From NCBI GenBank assembly GCA_965223005.1, contig CBDCVK010000005.1, positions 64,001 to 128,000 on the forward strand: a DNA stretch of 64,000 nucleotides, given 5' to 3'. This DNA is from Terriglobia bacterium. GTDB lineage: Bacteria > Acidobacteriota > Terriglobia > JAJPHL01 > JAPKYU01. Shown piece after piece: positions 1 to 10,537 of this stretch. Every line of letters starts with the position of its first letter. The first letter of the stretch is position 1. The translations under genes were made by a program, and so were the position numbers. Below the pieces are notes generated by a model. The model saw only the letters and a program-made list of their open reading frames with translations. It did not search any database and was not told where the DNA came from.

Positions 1-5
1 TGTCG

Positions 6-2453
6 GTGCGTTTGGTGCCCGCGAATCCAATATTGAGGGGAGCGAAGGCATCGCAGCGATTTCTGGTGCTGGGGAAATACGCCGACGGCCTCGAGCGCGA
101 CCTCACGAGCAAGAGCCAATTTTCGATCTCAAAGCCACGGATAGCCAAGGTTGAGTCAGCAGGACGAGTTATCGGGGTGGCTGACGGGAAGGCCGTATTA
201 ACTGCTTCCTTCAGCGGACGTTCTGCAAGCACTGGCATCAGCGTGGAGAGTTCGCAGCAAGAGCGACCATTCAGTTTTCCGCGGGCGATCGTCGGGATCT
301 TTACCAGGAAGGGATGCAACGGCAGTGGTTGCCATGGCGGAGTCAAGGGTAGGGGAGGATTCAAGCTTTCCTTAGGCGGCCTGGACCCTCGCGAGGATTA
401 CGAATGGATTGTGCAGGGGGGTACCTATCAGGTGTTGAGCCCGGATCCGGGGACCAGGATTCCGCGGGTCGATTCGAAGGAACCCGAAAAGAGTTTGTTG
501 CTGCAGAAGCCCACTTTCACTGTGCCGCATGGCGGGGGTGAGCGATTCAAGGTTGGCTCCCGCGAGTACGAAGCAATTCTCAGCTGGATTCGTAGTGGCA
601 CCCCCTATGGCCCGGACGATTCCCAAGAGGTCCACATTGAAAGATTGGAGGCATATCCCATAGAGGTTGTCCTAGACCCGAATGGTAAGCATCAACTCCT
701 GGTCAGCGCCCGGCTTTCCAACGGTCAGCAGGAGGATGTTACCGATCAGGTCCGGTACACTTCCAGCAATCCGGAGGTGGTGAAAGTCACATCCGGTGGT
801 TTGGTCGAAGCCGCAAGGACCGGCGAGACACCGGTGTTGATCCGGGCGGCTGGACGGACGGTAAGCGTCAGAGTTGGAGTCATTTCAAAGCTCATGTCGA
901 ACTACCCGGAGATACCGCGCAACAACTTCATTGACAAGTACGTTTTCGCCAAGCTGCGCAAGCTCAGCATCGTCCCCTCCGAGCTCGCCAGCGACGAGGA
1001 GTTTCTCCGGCGGGTGTGTCTTGACCTGACCGGGACGCTGCCCCCTCCCGCGCGCGTTCGGGAATTCCTCACCAGTAAGGATCCTGGAAAGCGAGACAAA
1101 CTGATTGAAGCGCTGCTGAACACTCCCGAGTACGTTGACTATTGGACGTTTCGGTTTGCGGACCTGTTCCGGGTCGCGCGCTATGCGCAAGGGGTAAATG
1201 GAAGATTTGCCGAGACCTATTGGGAATGGATCCGAGACAGCATCACAGAGAACAAGCCCTACGATCAGATGGCCCGCGAACGTCTTGCGGCGCAAGGTTA
1301 CAACGGTCCATCGCGGCACTACTTTGGGTTTACCGCTAAGGACCCCGAAAACCGGATGGCCGAGGAGCTTCGGGTTTTCATGGGACGCCGGCTGGACTGC
1401 GCTCAGTGCCACAACCATCCATTTGAGGCCTGGAGCCAGAATCAGTTTTGGGGCCTGGCTGCTTTCTTCGGCCGGATGAACATTGTCAAGTTTGGTCCTC
1501 AGGATGATGCGTACGGTTCGGTGCTGTATGACGACCCAAAGGGTGTAGAAATTGCTTATGGGGAAAAGGGGAAGAGTCGGAAAACTCTACATCCTCGCAC
1601 GAAGATGGAAGTTCAGCCGACATTCTTTGACCGCGAAGTTCTGCCGGCAGCGAAGCGGGAAGACTTGCGGCTGGAACTGGCGAAATGGATGACTTCTCAT
1701 CCTTACTTTGCCGAAGCCACGGTCAACCGGATGTGGGGTCGATTCTTCTCGCGAGGAATTGTGGAGCCGGTAGACGATTTCCTGTCTACCAATCCCCCGA
1801 CACACCCCGACCTTTTGCGGGCACTGGCCGAGGACTTTCGTGAACATGGATACGACTTGAAGGATCTCATGCGTAAGATTGTGAGTTCCAGAACATATCA
1901 GCTCAGCAGCCAGCCAAATGAAACGAATCGGGAGGACCAGATAAACTACTCCCATAGCATTCCCCGGGCTCTGGACGCTGAAGTTCTGTTGGACGCGATC
2001 TCCTACATTACGGGAGTGCCCGAAATTTTCGAACACCGCACCGACAATGACTACCCGGGAACAGCGCCCCCTGGAACCAGAGCAATCAACCTGAGGGAGG
2101 CCGACATCTACCCCCACCGGTTTTCCGACATGTACGGGCGTTCACTCCGTTACTCTGTGCCGGAGCGAAAGGTCGCGCCCAATCTGGTGCAGGCGTTGCA
2201 CATCCTGGTAGGCTCAACCTACACGGATAAGATCTCCAGGCCAGGTGGGCGGGTTGATCAGCTACTGAAGGCCGGTCGTTCAGACGCCGAGCTTATCGAG
2301 GAGCTCTACTTGCTCGCCCTCTCCCGGTTCCCGGCGGAGAAGGAAAAATCGAAGCTACTGAGGGCCACGTCTCAGGGATCCTCGCGTAAAGAAACCATCC
2401 AGGACTTGACTTGGGCGCTGGTCAGTTCTCGAGAATTCGCCGAGAACCACTGA
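6..2453 (+). CDS. DUF1549/DUF1553 (PSCyt2/PSD1) protein with Ig-like (Big_2) domains; probably 5'-truncated by the window edge
   Basis: 815-aa ORF still open at the window start. Motifs CNGSGCHG, FLRRVCLDLTGTLP, CAQCHNHP, VNRMWGRFFSRGIVEPVDD and NPPTHPDLL. Directly followed by a DUF1501 gene. Confidence 0.9.
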   Translation: MRLVPANPILRGAKASQRFLVLGKYADGLERDLTSKSQFSISKPRIAKVESAGRVIGVADGKAVLTASFSGRSASTGISVESSQQERPFSFPRAIVGIFTRKGCNGSGCHGGVKGRGGFKLSLGGLDPREDYEWIVQGGTYQVLSPDPGTRIPRVDSKEPEKSLLLQKPTFTVPHGGGERFKVGSREYEAILSWIRSGTPYGPDDSQEVHIERLEAYPIEVVLDPNGKHQLLVSARLSNGQQEDVTDQVRYTSSNPEVVKVTSGGLVEAARTGETPVLIRAAGRTVSVRVGVISKLMSNYPEIPRNNFIDKYVFAKLRKLSIVPSELASDEEFLRRVCLDLTGTLPPPARVREFLTSKDPGKRDKLIEALLNTPEYVDYWTFRFADLFRVARYAQGVNGRFAETYWEWIRDSITENKPYDQMARERLAAQGYNGPSRHYFGFTAKDPENRMAEELRVFMGRRLDCAQCHNHPFEAWSQNQFWGLAAFFGRMNIVKFGPQDDAYGSVLYDDPKGVEIAYGEKGKSRKTLHPRTKMEVQPTFFDREVLPAAKREDLRLELAKWMTSHPYFAEATVNRMWGRFFSRGIVEPVDDFLSTNPPTHPDLLRALAEDFREHGYDLKDLMRKIVSSRTYQLSSQPNETNREDQINYSHSIPRALDAEVLLDAISYITGVPEIFEHRTDNDYPGTAPPGTRAINLREADIYPHRFSDMYGRSLRYSVPERKVAPNLVQALHILVGSTYTDKISRPGGRVDQLLKAGRSDAELIEELYLLALSRFPAEKEKSKLLRATSQGSSRKETIQDLTWALVSSREFAENH

Positions 2454-2480
2454 AGGGCAGCTCGCAGTAAGGAGATACCA

Positions 2481-3842
2481 ATGGAAAAAGTAGGCTGTTT
2501 GCACCGTACCGAAGAGAATCTGAGCCGCCGCGCATTTTTGCGGGTGGGCAGCTTGACTTTCTTAGGCATCGGGCTGGCGCAGTATCTGGAAGCCAGGAGC
2601 TTGCTGCCGACTTCCAAGGCGAAGGCTCAGTCCTGCATCATGCTCTGGCTGGAGGGCGGACCGTGTCAGATTGACATGTGGGATCCAAAGACCAACAGCG
2701 CGTTTCGACCGATCTCCACGAATGTAGCGGGAATCCAGATTTCCGAACTGCTCCCGCGCGTAGCCCGGCACATGGACAAGTTGTCCATTATTCGCTCTCT
2801 TCACACCCTGGAGCTGAACCACACGGAAGCCACCTACTACGCGGTGACCGGCCATCGACCGAACCCAGCGATGGAGTTTCCCAGCCTGGGCTCAATCGTT
2901 GGCAAGGAATTGGGCGGACGCAACAATGTTCCTTCCTACGTCCTAGCTCCCAAATGGGAGCGGGATATAGCGACGTACGAGAGGCCTTTTAAGGCCGCTT
3001 TTCTTGGTCCCGAGTACGACCCTTTGATGCTGTCCGACCCGAACGTATGCGTGAAGCCGAAAAGTGGCGTCTGTCCGACACAAAGAGACTTTGAGGTTCC
3101 TGACCTGAAACTGCCAAAGGGAATCCCCGTTGAACGCTTGGGGCACCGACGTTCGCTTCTCAACATTGTCGATGAGATCTACCGGGAAAAGGTCAGCCGC
3201 GCCGAGCATGCCGCTATGGACAACTTTACGGAACAGGCGCTCAGAATGATCTTGTCCCAGTCCGTGAAGGAAGCTTTCGATCTCTCGAACGAACCGGAAA
3301 AGGCAAAAGATGCATACGGCCGCAACGGTTTTGGCCAAAGTGTATTGCTGGCCCGGAGGCTTGTGGAGGCAGGCAGCCGTTTTGTAACGGCGGCAGGATA
3401 CACGTTCAACTCCTGGGACTTTCATTCAGCCAACCAGGAGGGACATCAGAAACTGGTCCCTCATTTGGATCAAGCCTTGGCCACCCTCCTGGAAGACCTC
3501 GAGCAGAGGGGACTGTTGGAATCCACGGTCGTCCTTGCGATGGGGGAATTCGGCCGGACTCCCCATATCAATTCGGCGAATGGGCGCGACCACTGGCCCC
3601 ATTGCTGGTCCATGGTCTTAGGAGGCGGTGGCATCCAGGGCGGCCAGGTTATCGGCGCCAGCGATTCGAAGGGCGCCTACGTCGAAGACCGGATGGTGAC
3701 GATCGGAGACGTCTTTGCGACCGTGTACAAGGCACTCGGCATTGACTGGCACAAAGAGTATATGACTTCCATCGGTCGTCCGATTAAGATCGCCAACTCG
3801 ATTGACGATACAACTGCTCAGCCTATAAAAGGGTTGATCTAG
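2481..3842 (+). CDS. DUF1501 domain protein (Tat signal)
   Basis: N-terminal SRRAFL twin-arginine motif, plus WLEGGPCQIDMWDPK, LARRLVEAG, GEFGRTP and GRDHWP. RBS AAGGAG upstream. Confidence 0.92.
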   Translation: MEKVGCLHRTEENLSRRAFLRVGSLTFLGIGLAQYLEARSLLPTSKAKAQSCIMLWLEGGPCQIDMWDPKTNSAFRPISTNVAGIQISELLPRVARHMDKLSIIRSLHTLELNHTEATYYAVTGHRPNPAMEFPSLGSIVGKELGGRNNVPSYVLAPKWERDIATYERPFKAAFLGPEYDPLMLSDPNVCVKPKSGVCPTQRDFEVPDLKLPKGIPVERLGHRRSLLNIVDEIYREKVSRAEHAAMDNFTEQALRMILSQSVKEAFDLSNEPEKAKDAYGRNGFGQSVLLARRLVEAGSRFVTAAGYTFNSWDFHSANQEGHQKLVPHLDQALATLLEDLEQRGLLESTVVLAMGEFGRTPHINSANGRDHWPHCWSMVLGGGGIQGGQVIGASDSKGAYVEDRMVTIGDVFATVYKALGIDWHKEYMTSIGRPIKIANSIDDTTAQPIKGLI

Positions 3843-4008
3843 TCCGGCGACGAATACCCCAGGACAGAAGTCGCTAGACGAATCGCCCCGTCCGTAGGTA
3901 ACTCATCAAAGCGCAGGGGATATAAAGCAAGAATCAGGTCGGAAGCCACAGACCTACCTACGGATGGTCACGGGCTGGCACATTCGTGACTGGAAGAACG
4001 GTCCGCTG

Positions 4009-5034
4009 CTACTGGCGGCTATTTGATTGTCGGAATTGGTTGAACCGAGCGAAATGTTGATCCGCCAGCTCCTTTTCACCCACGCGGACCAAGACCAGAG
4101 CGAGCTGATAATGGGCGTCAGCGTTCCGAGCGTCTGAGCGGAGGACTGCTTCCAACTGAGCACGAGCGCCGGCCAGATTTCCCACTGCGGCCAATGCAAT
4201 GGCCAGTTTCACCTTCGCTTTGGCCCACCCCGGTTTTCGCAAAAGGGCTTCCTTGAGGTAATCGATGGCTTCCTGGGGGTGACCCTCTTTGAAGCGCAGG
4301 GCACCGAGGTTGAAATAAGGCCATTCGGATTTGACCGCCTGCTTCTGCTCCAGCTCAATGGCCTTCAGATAAGCCGCTCGCGCAAGGTCAAACTGCGCTA
4401 ATGCCTCGTGCGTCAACGCAAGATTGTTATGGGCCCTCATGCTGGTCGGCTCGATTTCCACTGCCCTTTGGAAGGCGCGCAATGCCGAAGGCATGTCATT
4501 CTCCGTATAAGCGAGCCTTCCCATATAGTAAAAAGCTTCGCCGCTTCCGGGGCTGAGCTCTGTCGCACGACGCAGTGAGACTTCGGCGTCCTGGTTTTTT
4601 CTTAGCATGAACTGACTCAATCCGAGAATCAACCATGCATCCCCGTTCTCGGGATCGAGCGTCGTGTAGTTCTGCATGGACAAGAATGATTGATAATATT
4701 TTCCCATGTTATACAGGATTCGGGCTCTAAGCAGGACTGCCGGGGTGTAGGAGTCGGACCGGCGCAAGATGGAGTCGAGAATCTCCATTGCCTTTTTCAG
4801 ATCTTTCCGTTCACCGTAGCATCGGGCAAGGCGAAAACGCGTCTCCAACGAACTTCCCGGAATCCCGTTCAGCAGTTCCTCGGATTCGCGGCATTGTTGC
4901 GCGGCCATCATTTGCGATGCTCGGGCGAGGGAATCTTCCGCAGACGGAGTTTGTGCCCACAGCGCTGCTGTTCCGAGGCAGAGCGAGACCAGTGCGCAGC
5001 AGACCGCCTGTTTCCATGGCCCAGGGCTTTTCAT
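4009..5034 (-). CDS. Secreted tetratricopeptide-repeat protein
   Basis: Signal peptide (..ALWA/QT) followed by successive 34-aa TPR-type helix pairs (AFYYMGRLAY, AHNNLAL, AHYQLAL). Confidence 0.85.
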   Translation of the reverse strand: MKSPGPWKQAVCCALVSLCLGTAALWAQTPSAEDSLARASQMMAAQQCRESEELLNGIPGSSLETRFRLARCYGERKDLKKAMEILDSILRRSDSYTPAVLLRARILYNMGKYYQSFLSMQNYTTLDPENGDAWLILGLSQFMLRKNQDAEVSLRRATELSPGSGEAFYYMGRLAYTENDMPSALRAFQRAVEIEPTSMRAHNNLALTHEALAQFDLARAAYLKAIELEQKQAVKSEWPYFNLGALRFKEGHPQEAIDYLKEALLRKPGWAKAKVKLAIALAAVGNLAGARAQLEAVLRSDARNADAHYQLALVLVRVGEKELADQHFARFNQFRQSNSRQ

Positions 5035-5145
5035 CCTCGTCTCTTCTGATTATACTCCTCACGGCGTCAAGGTCTTGCAGAGGCTGGCGTTTCCAATAGA
5101 CCTCTACGGGCCGCTATCAGGGCTATGATTTCACGGGAGGATGGT

Positions 5146-6210
5146 ATGGGCGATACAAGCAAATTTCGAATCGCATTTTCCGCCGACTTTCGGGATGAGA
5201 AGCAACAGCTCATTTTCCCGGATATTGGGTTGTCGCTGCTGGACGCCGAGCCGGGCGTGTCCTACGAATTCCTCAGCCCGTACCGGCCAGAGCACGTTCC
5301 CGAGCAGCTGGCCGGGTACGACGTTCTGATCACGGGTAAGCCTCGCGTCACAGCGGCTTCCCTGCGCGGTGTGGAGCGGCTGTGCGCCGTCGGGCGGTGC
5401 GGCGTCGGATACGACAACGTGGACCTGCAAGCCTGCACGGCGCAAGACGTGGCCGTGTACATCACGCCGGCCGGTGTTCGGCGCCCGGTGGCCGAGTCCA
5501 TTGTTCTTTTCGTCCTGGCTCTGTCCCATAACCTGGTTTGGAAGGACCATCTGGTCCGTCAGGGACGGTGGACCGAAAGTACTCGGCGACTTGGACGGGA
5601 ACCTCGTGGCCGCACAGTGGGCACGATCGGGATCGGAAATATCGCTTCCGATGCGGTCCGCCTCCTCCGCAACTTCGATGTCGCGCGGTTCCTGGCGTTT
5701 GATCCCTACGCGTCCGCCGAACATGCGGCTGCTGCTGGTGTTGAGCTTGTTCCGCTGGACACGCTGCTCGGGCTTTCCGACTACGTGCTAGTCAACTGCC
5801 CGTTGACACCGGAGACGCGCCGCCTCATCGGCGAACGTGAACTGCGCCTGATGAAGCCCGAGGCCGTGCTGATCAACACAGCTCGTGGCCCGATTGTGGA
5901 TGAGCCTGCCCTGATTAGCGCTCTGCAGAGCGGGAGGCTGCGTGCCGCCGCGCTGGATGTTTTCGAGAAAGAGCCACTCGATCCAGATTCGCCACTCTTC
6001 CACCTGGACAATGTGATTCTCACTTCGCACTCGATCTGCTGGACCGAAGAGGGTTTTCGCGACATGGGCCGAATCGACTGTGAGGGAGCGCTGGCGGTCC
6101 GCCGGGGGGAACCGCCGCTCAACGTCGTGAATCCGGAGGTGCTCGAGCGCCCTGGGTTTCGGCGCAAACTGGAGCTTTACCGAAAGGCGGGAAAGGGAGT
6201 CGGCACATGA
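5146..6210 (+). CDS. D-isomer-specific 2-hydroxyacid dehydrogenase (SerA-like family)
   Basis: Motifs GVGYDNVD, GIGNIA (Rossmann), INTARGPIVDE, AALDVFEKEP and ILTSH. Start placed at ATG 5146 after GGAGG; the ORF track starts at 5125. Confidence 0.9.
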   Translation: MGDTSKFRIAFSADFRDEKQQLIFPDIGLSLLDAEPGVSYEFLSPYRPEHVPEQLAGYDVLITGKPRVTAASLRGVERLCAVGRCGVGYDNVDLQACTAQDVAVYITPAGVRRPVAESIVLFVLALSHNLVWKDHLVRQGRWTESTRRLGREPRGRTVGTIGIGNIASDAVRLLRNFDVARFLAFDPYASAEHAAAAGVELVPLDTLLGLSDYVLVNCPLTPETRRLIGERELRLMKPEAVLINTARGPIVDEPALISALQSGRLRAAALDVFEKEPLDPDSPLFHLDNVILTSHSICWTEEGFRDMGRIDCEGALAVRRGEPPLNVVNPEVLERPGFRRKLELYRKAGKGVGT

Positions 6211-6288
6211 ATCGGTAAAACGCAACTGGCAGGCGGGCGAGATTCCCCTCGGGCAGATCGTGCTAGAACGATTCACTCTTGCCGAAAC

Positions 6289-7800
6289 TCACTGTTGCTT
6301 GTCCCCCTTCTTGAGCTTCTGAAAAAGGCTCAATGCTGCTCGCGCTTTTGCGCCGTCGCCCATCTTTCGATAGATGGTGGCCATTCGATAATGCGGAGTG
6401 GCATTCTCGGGGTCTAGCTCAACTACTTTGCGCAGGTACTGCAGCGCTTTCTGGTATTCGTCTCTGGAAGTGAAAATCCGCTCTACACCTAGATAAGCCT
6501 CCACCATCCTTGGATCGTATTCTAGGCTCCGCAGATAGTACTTTTCAGCCTCGTCGAGGCGCCCCCGAGTATAGAAAATCTCGGCGATTTCGTACAAAGC
6601 GCTCGGATGATTCGGGTCGAGCTGCAGCTCCTTTTCCAGCTCAGGAAGAGCCTCGTCGTCCTGGTCTTTTTTCCAGTACAGATTTCCGATCGCAAAGTGC
6701 ACGTTCCGCAGGTCAGGCCTCAGCTCGAGCGCCATTTGATACTCCCGGATCGCCTCTTCATCCTTGCCTGCATCTTCATAATATTGGCCCCGAAGCAGAT
6801 GGGCACGGTAGGAATCAGGATTGGCCGCGGCAACCCAAAGCGAAGCGAGATAGGAAAGCGCTTGGTGGTATTCGGCAAGAAAGAAGAGTGTTTCGCTGGA
6901 CTTACCTGACTCTTTTTCGAGCTTGCGCACGCGATTCCGATAAAGCTCCAATAGCTCCTGAATCTTCTCGCCAGGCGGGGGGTTATAAAGAAAGTTGGTA
7001 GAGCCATCGACCAAATCGTCTGGGACCGCGCCCACAGTGCTCACCACCGACGGGTCGGATTTCTTCTGCGCTACGGCTTGCAGTTTCTGGTTCAGGCGCT
7101 CATTCGCCGGCTGCGCCTGAAGAGCCCGACGGTAGGCGAGTTCTGCCTTCTCCCAATTGCTTTCCGCTTCGTAGAGGTGCGCCCGCGCCAGGTGAATGTG
7201 GTAGGAATCCTCAAACTCCTTCTGCAGGGTCCCGAAAAACTGTTTTGCAAGCTGTCCGTAGGCTTTGCTCAGGTGGTAATACACGTCCTGGTCGACCGAC
7301 TCAACCTTCGCAACTTTCTCCAAATGAAGAGCCGCATTACGGAAATCCGACTGCGCATAATAGGTGTAACCGAGGTATACGTGTACGGCGACATTGGAAG
7401 GATCGAGCGCTTCCGACTTCTTGAGGTGGCGAAGCGCGACTTCGTGCTGCCGGGCGTTGAAGGCGATTAGACCCAGGAAAAAGTTAGGGGCGCCCAAGTC
7501 GGCCTTCAGCTTGAGGGCCGTTTGGAACGACTTGACCGCATCATCCACTTGGCGCTGCTGGTAGTAAAGAGTCCCGAGATTCGAATGCGCTTCGGCCAAA
7601 TCGGGACGTAAGTGTATGATCTGCTCGTATTTCTCGATGGCGGTCTTGGCGTCGCCAGCTACCTGCGCCCGGTGCGCCTCCTGGTAGAGCGTCCGCAGGT
7701 CCGGCGGCCGGGCGGACACGTGCGTGCAGAAAAGAACGATCCCTGCGGCGGGCAACGCGAGCTTAATTGCGCGGAGGGACACCTGCAGGAGCGTGACCAT
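6289..7800 (-). CDS. Secreted tetratricopeptide-repeat protein
   Basis: Hydrophobic N-terminus and many TPR units (AEAHSNLGTLYY, NVHFAIGNLYW, PHYRMATIY). Start moved to ATG 7800 because an extended -10 lies at 7843-7851. Confidence 0.85.
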   Translation of the reverse strand: MVTLLQVSLRAIKLALPAAGIVLFCTHVSARPPDLRTLYQEAHRAQVAGDAKTAIEKYEQIIHLRPDLAEAHSNLGTLYYQQRQVDDAVKSFQTALKLKADLGAPNFFLGLIAFNARQHEVALRHLKKSEALDPSNVAVHVYLGYTYYAQSDFRNAALHLEKVAKVESVDQDVYYHLSKAYGQLAKQFFGTLQKEFEDSYHIHLARAHLYEAESNWEKAELAYRRALQAQPANERLNQKLQAVAQKKSDPSVVSTVGAVPDDLVDGSTNFLYNPPPGEKIQELLELYRNRVRKLEKESGKSSETLFFLAEYHQALSYLASLWVAAANPDSYRAHLLRGQYYEDAGKDEEAIREYQMALELRPDLRNVHFAIGNLYWKKDQDDEALPELEKELQLDPNHPSALYEIAEIFYTRGRLDEAEKYYLRSLEYDPRMVEAYLGVERIFTSRDEYQKALQYLRKVVELDPENATPHYRMATIYRKMGDGAKARAALSLFQKLKKGDKQQ

Positions 7801-7842
7801 AACGTTTGAGAAAGGGAATCGAACTTTCCTTGGACACACACG

Positions 7843-7851
7843 ATTATAACA
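7843..7851 (-). promoter_or_regulatory. Extended -10 promoter element (TGtTATAAT) of the TPR gene
   Basis: Perfect TGn-TATAAT on the minus strand about 45 nt upstream of ATG 7800. Confidence 0.55.
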
Positions 7852-7908
7852 CTATTGGTTGTCGGCCCCTCGTAGGCACCCCGCTGCTACATTTCTGCCA
7901 CACCCAAG

Positions 7909-9267
7909 TCAGCCGCCACCCTTCTGCAGATACAGCGTGCAAATCACGACCGCGAGTATGATGACGCTGCAGATCCACGAGATGACTCGCACCTGCGACC
8001 CGGGAGCCAGACCTTGCCGGCCGCGCTTATGAAACAGATAGATCACTGAAAATCCCAGCAGCGGAAGAAACACAGCGTGCAGGATCCCGCCAAACAGGAT
8101 CAGACCCACCGGTGTCTGGAGGAAAAGGAACGCCAGCAGGAAAACTGCGGCCAGAGAGATGGAGAGCCACCTGCACGACCGGTCCCACTGAGCAGGATCG
8201 GTCGCCGAGATCAGGCCGAGCTTCTTAGAGAAGTCGGCACTGAAGCGCGCCCAGGACGCGCAGGCGGCGACAAAGGTGGAATACAGGACCAAAAAGGCGC
8301 CCGTCATGAAGATCACGAAGCTCCACTGCCCGAAGGACTCCGTGAAAATCTTTGAGAGCGCCAGAGCAACGTCCAGGCCTTCCAGGTTCGCTGCATCGGG
8401 TTGGGTGCGGTGCAAAATGGCCGCCCCCAGCAGATAAAACACAATCGTGATCAGAGTGTAGGTGGCCGCAGAGACCATGATGTCTCTCCGCATAACGGCA
8501 ATCCAGCCCCGCGCGCGCTCCCGCCACTCCGGAGTTTCCTCGGGCGGCCCGATGTAACGGCCGTAGCCTTTTTCCAGACACCAATAGGTGTAAAAGATGA
8601 TTTCCGGCGCGGCGATGCCGGTGATGCCGAATGCGGAGAGCGCGATGTACATGCTTGCTGAGGGCAGTTCAAACCGCAGCCCGGAAATCAGTTCCGACCA
8701 GCGAATGGCTAGCTGCGTGCTCTGCGTCAACGCTAGAGCTACGCACATCGATAACGAGAACAACGCGACCATCGAAATGAACAGTTTTTCGATCCTGGCG
8801 TAGGTGCCGAACCACAGGAATAGGATGGTAAGAGCGGTGAGCGCCAGGGCCCAGAAGGAGACGCTTCCCACTCCGGTCGCAAGTGCCGCCGTGGTCGCTG
8901 CCATCCCAACCACACCGGCTGCTGGCAAAATATTGAGGATGAAATAAAGGAACAGTAGCCAGGTCCACAACGAGAGCCCGCGCACCCGTGGGCCGGGAAG
9001 AAAGGAAGTGGCGTCGAGCAGGGTGCCCCCTGAGGTGATCACGTAGTAGGCCCATTGCTCTTGAATGATCACCTTGACTAGGCATGAAACGATGACCAAC
9101 CAAAGGACGACAAATCCTACCTTGGCGCCGAGCAGGGTGGTCGTTACGAGTTCGCCGGAGCCGACGATTGTTCCAACGATAATCACGCCAGGCCCGATTG
9201 AGCGCAGCGAATTCAGCCATCCGGTGGGTGGGTACTTGACGAACGGCTGCCCACCCGGTAACGCCAT
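7909..9267 (-). CDS. Nramp-superfamily (YcsG-like) membrane transporter
   Basis: About 11 hydrophobic segments and the motif IGPGVIIVGTIVGSGEL. Lacks the DPGN metal-binding motif of true MntH. Start estimated at ATG 9267; the ORF track starts at 9330. Confidence 0.8.
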   Translation of the reverse strand: MALPGGQPFVKYPPTGWLNSLRSIGPGVIIVGTIVGSGELVTTTLLGAKVGFVVLWLVIVSCLVKVIIQEQWAYYVITSGGTLLDATSFLPGPRVRGLSLWTWLLFLYFILNILPAAGVVGMAATTAALATGVGSVSFWALALTALTILFLWFGTYARIEKLFISMVALFSLSMCVALALTQSTQLAIRWSELISGLRFELPSASMYIALSAFGITGIAAPEIIFYTYWCLEKGYGRYIGPPEETPEWRERARGWIAVMRRDIMVSAATYTLITIVFYLLGAAILHRTQPDAANLEGLDVALALSKIFTESFGQWSFVIFMTGAFLVLYSTFVAACASWARFSADFSKKLGLISATDPAQWDRSCRWLSISLAAVFLLAFLFLQTPVGLILFGGILHAVFLPLLGFSVIYLFHKRGRQGLAPGSQVRVISWICSVIILAVVICTLYLQKGGG

Positions 9268-9880
9268 GCTCCTGACTTCCCTGTCTTTCTCGCAGAAGAT
9301 TCTTCCGGGGGCACTTTCCGCGAAAGGCAATACGAGTCTCAGGCTTCGAGCAGCGGCCCAACTATCGTGCGCTCGCTACCTCTGCCCAGCCTTGTGGCTG
9401 CACGAAAGCTTCCCTTGGCCCAGGCCAAAGGTTAAAGATTAGAGAAAGAGAATGTAGCAAACGCGCTGTCTTTCTTGCAGAGCTCCTGCGTGTCGCGAAT
9501 CGCACTTAAGATGACTGGCCTGCGTCGACGGACCTTCCTGGACTGACAATCGGTATTGTAGGCGCGCTTAGAGAGAAAGCGGTAGTCCAAGAGTCCGGCA
9601 CCCTAGGCTCACCCTCCGGCGCGCTGTTAGGCGCTGAGCTTATAATCAACGAGGTTCCCTTGGAACGTCTGCCTGGAGCCTTTCGGGGTAAAGAGACTTG
9701 AATAGCGCATCCGAGAAAGGGAAGATTATGCAGTGGACCCGCCGTCTACGGAGAGGCCGGAGAGGAGTCGCTGAGCGAAGATGCATTGCGCCCTGTTCTC
9801 TCATATGCAGGCAAACAGCCTAAGGGTCTGCCCTGCAACGAGGCCATAGGAGAGGCCGCGTCTACGTCAGGAAAGCACTG

Positions 9881-10516
9881 ATGGATATTCATGATCTTTA
9901 CCAACCGTTTCTGCGTTATTTCCGCAGCAGAAGGATGCGACATTTTCAAGAACTGTTTTCTGCAAATATGAATACGACCATTCTCGATGTGGGCGGAACA
10001 GGCTTCAATTGGTCCCTTCTCCCAATCTCTCCGCGACTCACAACTTTGAACCTTCCAGGGCAGATTGAGGAGGCGGATGCGAGTGTGATCGCAGATGGCC
10101 GATGTTTGCCTTTTAAAGACAGGGCTTTTGACATCGTGTTCAGCAACTCGGTGATCGAGCATCTTGGAGACTCAGCCAGTCAGGAGGCGTTTGCCCGAGA
10201 GATTGCTCGCGTTGGCCTTGGCTACCATGTCCAGACGCCGAATCGCTTGTTCCCGTTTGAACCCCATCTCCTTACTCCTTTCGTTCATTATTTGCCCAAA
10301 AAGTGGCAGCTGCGTCTTCTGCGCAATTTCACTGTCCTGGGATGGGTCACCAGACCTACGCCAGAATATTGCCAAGAGTTCATCAAGGAGATTCGGCTTT
10401 TGGACTACACCCAGATGGCTTGTATGTTTCCGGGAGCGCAGATTTACAGGGAGCGATTCTTGGGGCTCACCAAATCCCTGACTGCAGTCAAACCCCCCGA
10501 TGAGCAAGGTGGTTGA
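9881..10516 (+). CDS. Class I SAM-dependent methyltransferase
   Basis: ILDVGGT (motif I), ADGRCLPFKDRAFDIVFSNSVIEH and VQTPN. Confidence 0.88.
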   Translation: MDIHDLYQPFLRYFRSRRMRHFQELFSANMNTTILDVGGTGFNWSLLPISPRLTTLNLPGQIEEADASVIADGRCLPFKDRAFDIVFSNSVIEHLGDSASQEAFAREIARVGLGYHVQTPNRLFPFEPHLLTPFVHYLPKKWQLRLLRNFTVLGWVTRPTPEYCQEFIKEIRLLDYTQMACMFPGAQIYRERFLGLTKSLTAVKPPDEQGG

Positions 10517-10537
10517 TGAAGTTCACTGGCCTCTGAC

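Noticed and set aside
7909-9267. Calling the Nramp-like genes mntH
   Set aside because: Both lack the DPGN and MPH metal-binding motifs.
9740-9880. Glycine or c-di-GMP riboswitch upstream of the methyltransferase (GGAGAG, CGAAG, CTCTCA, CAGGCAAA words)
   Set aside because: The motifs are interrupted, I could not build the required stems, and the downstream gene is atypical. An Rfam covariance search would settle it.
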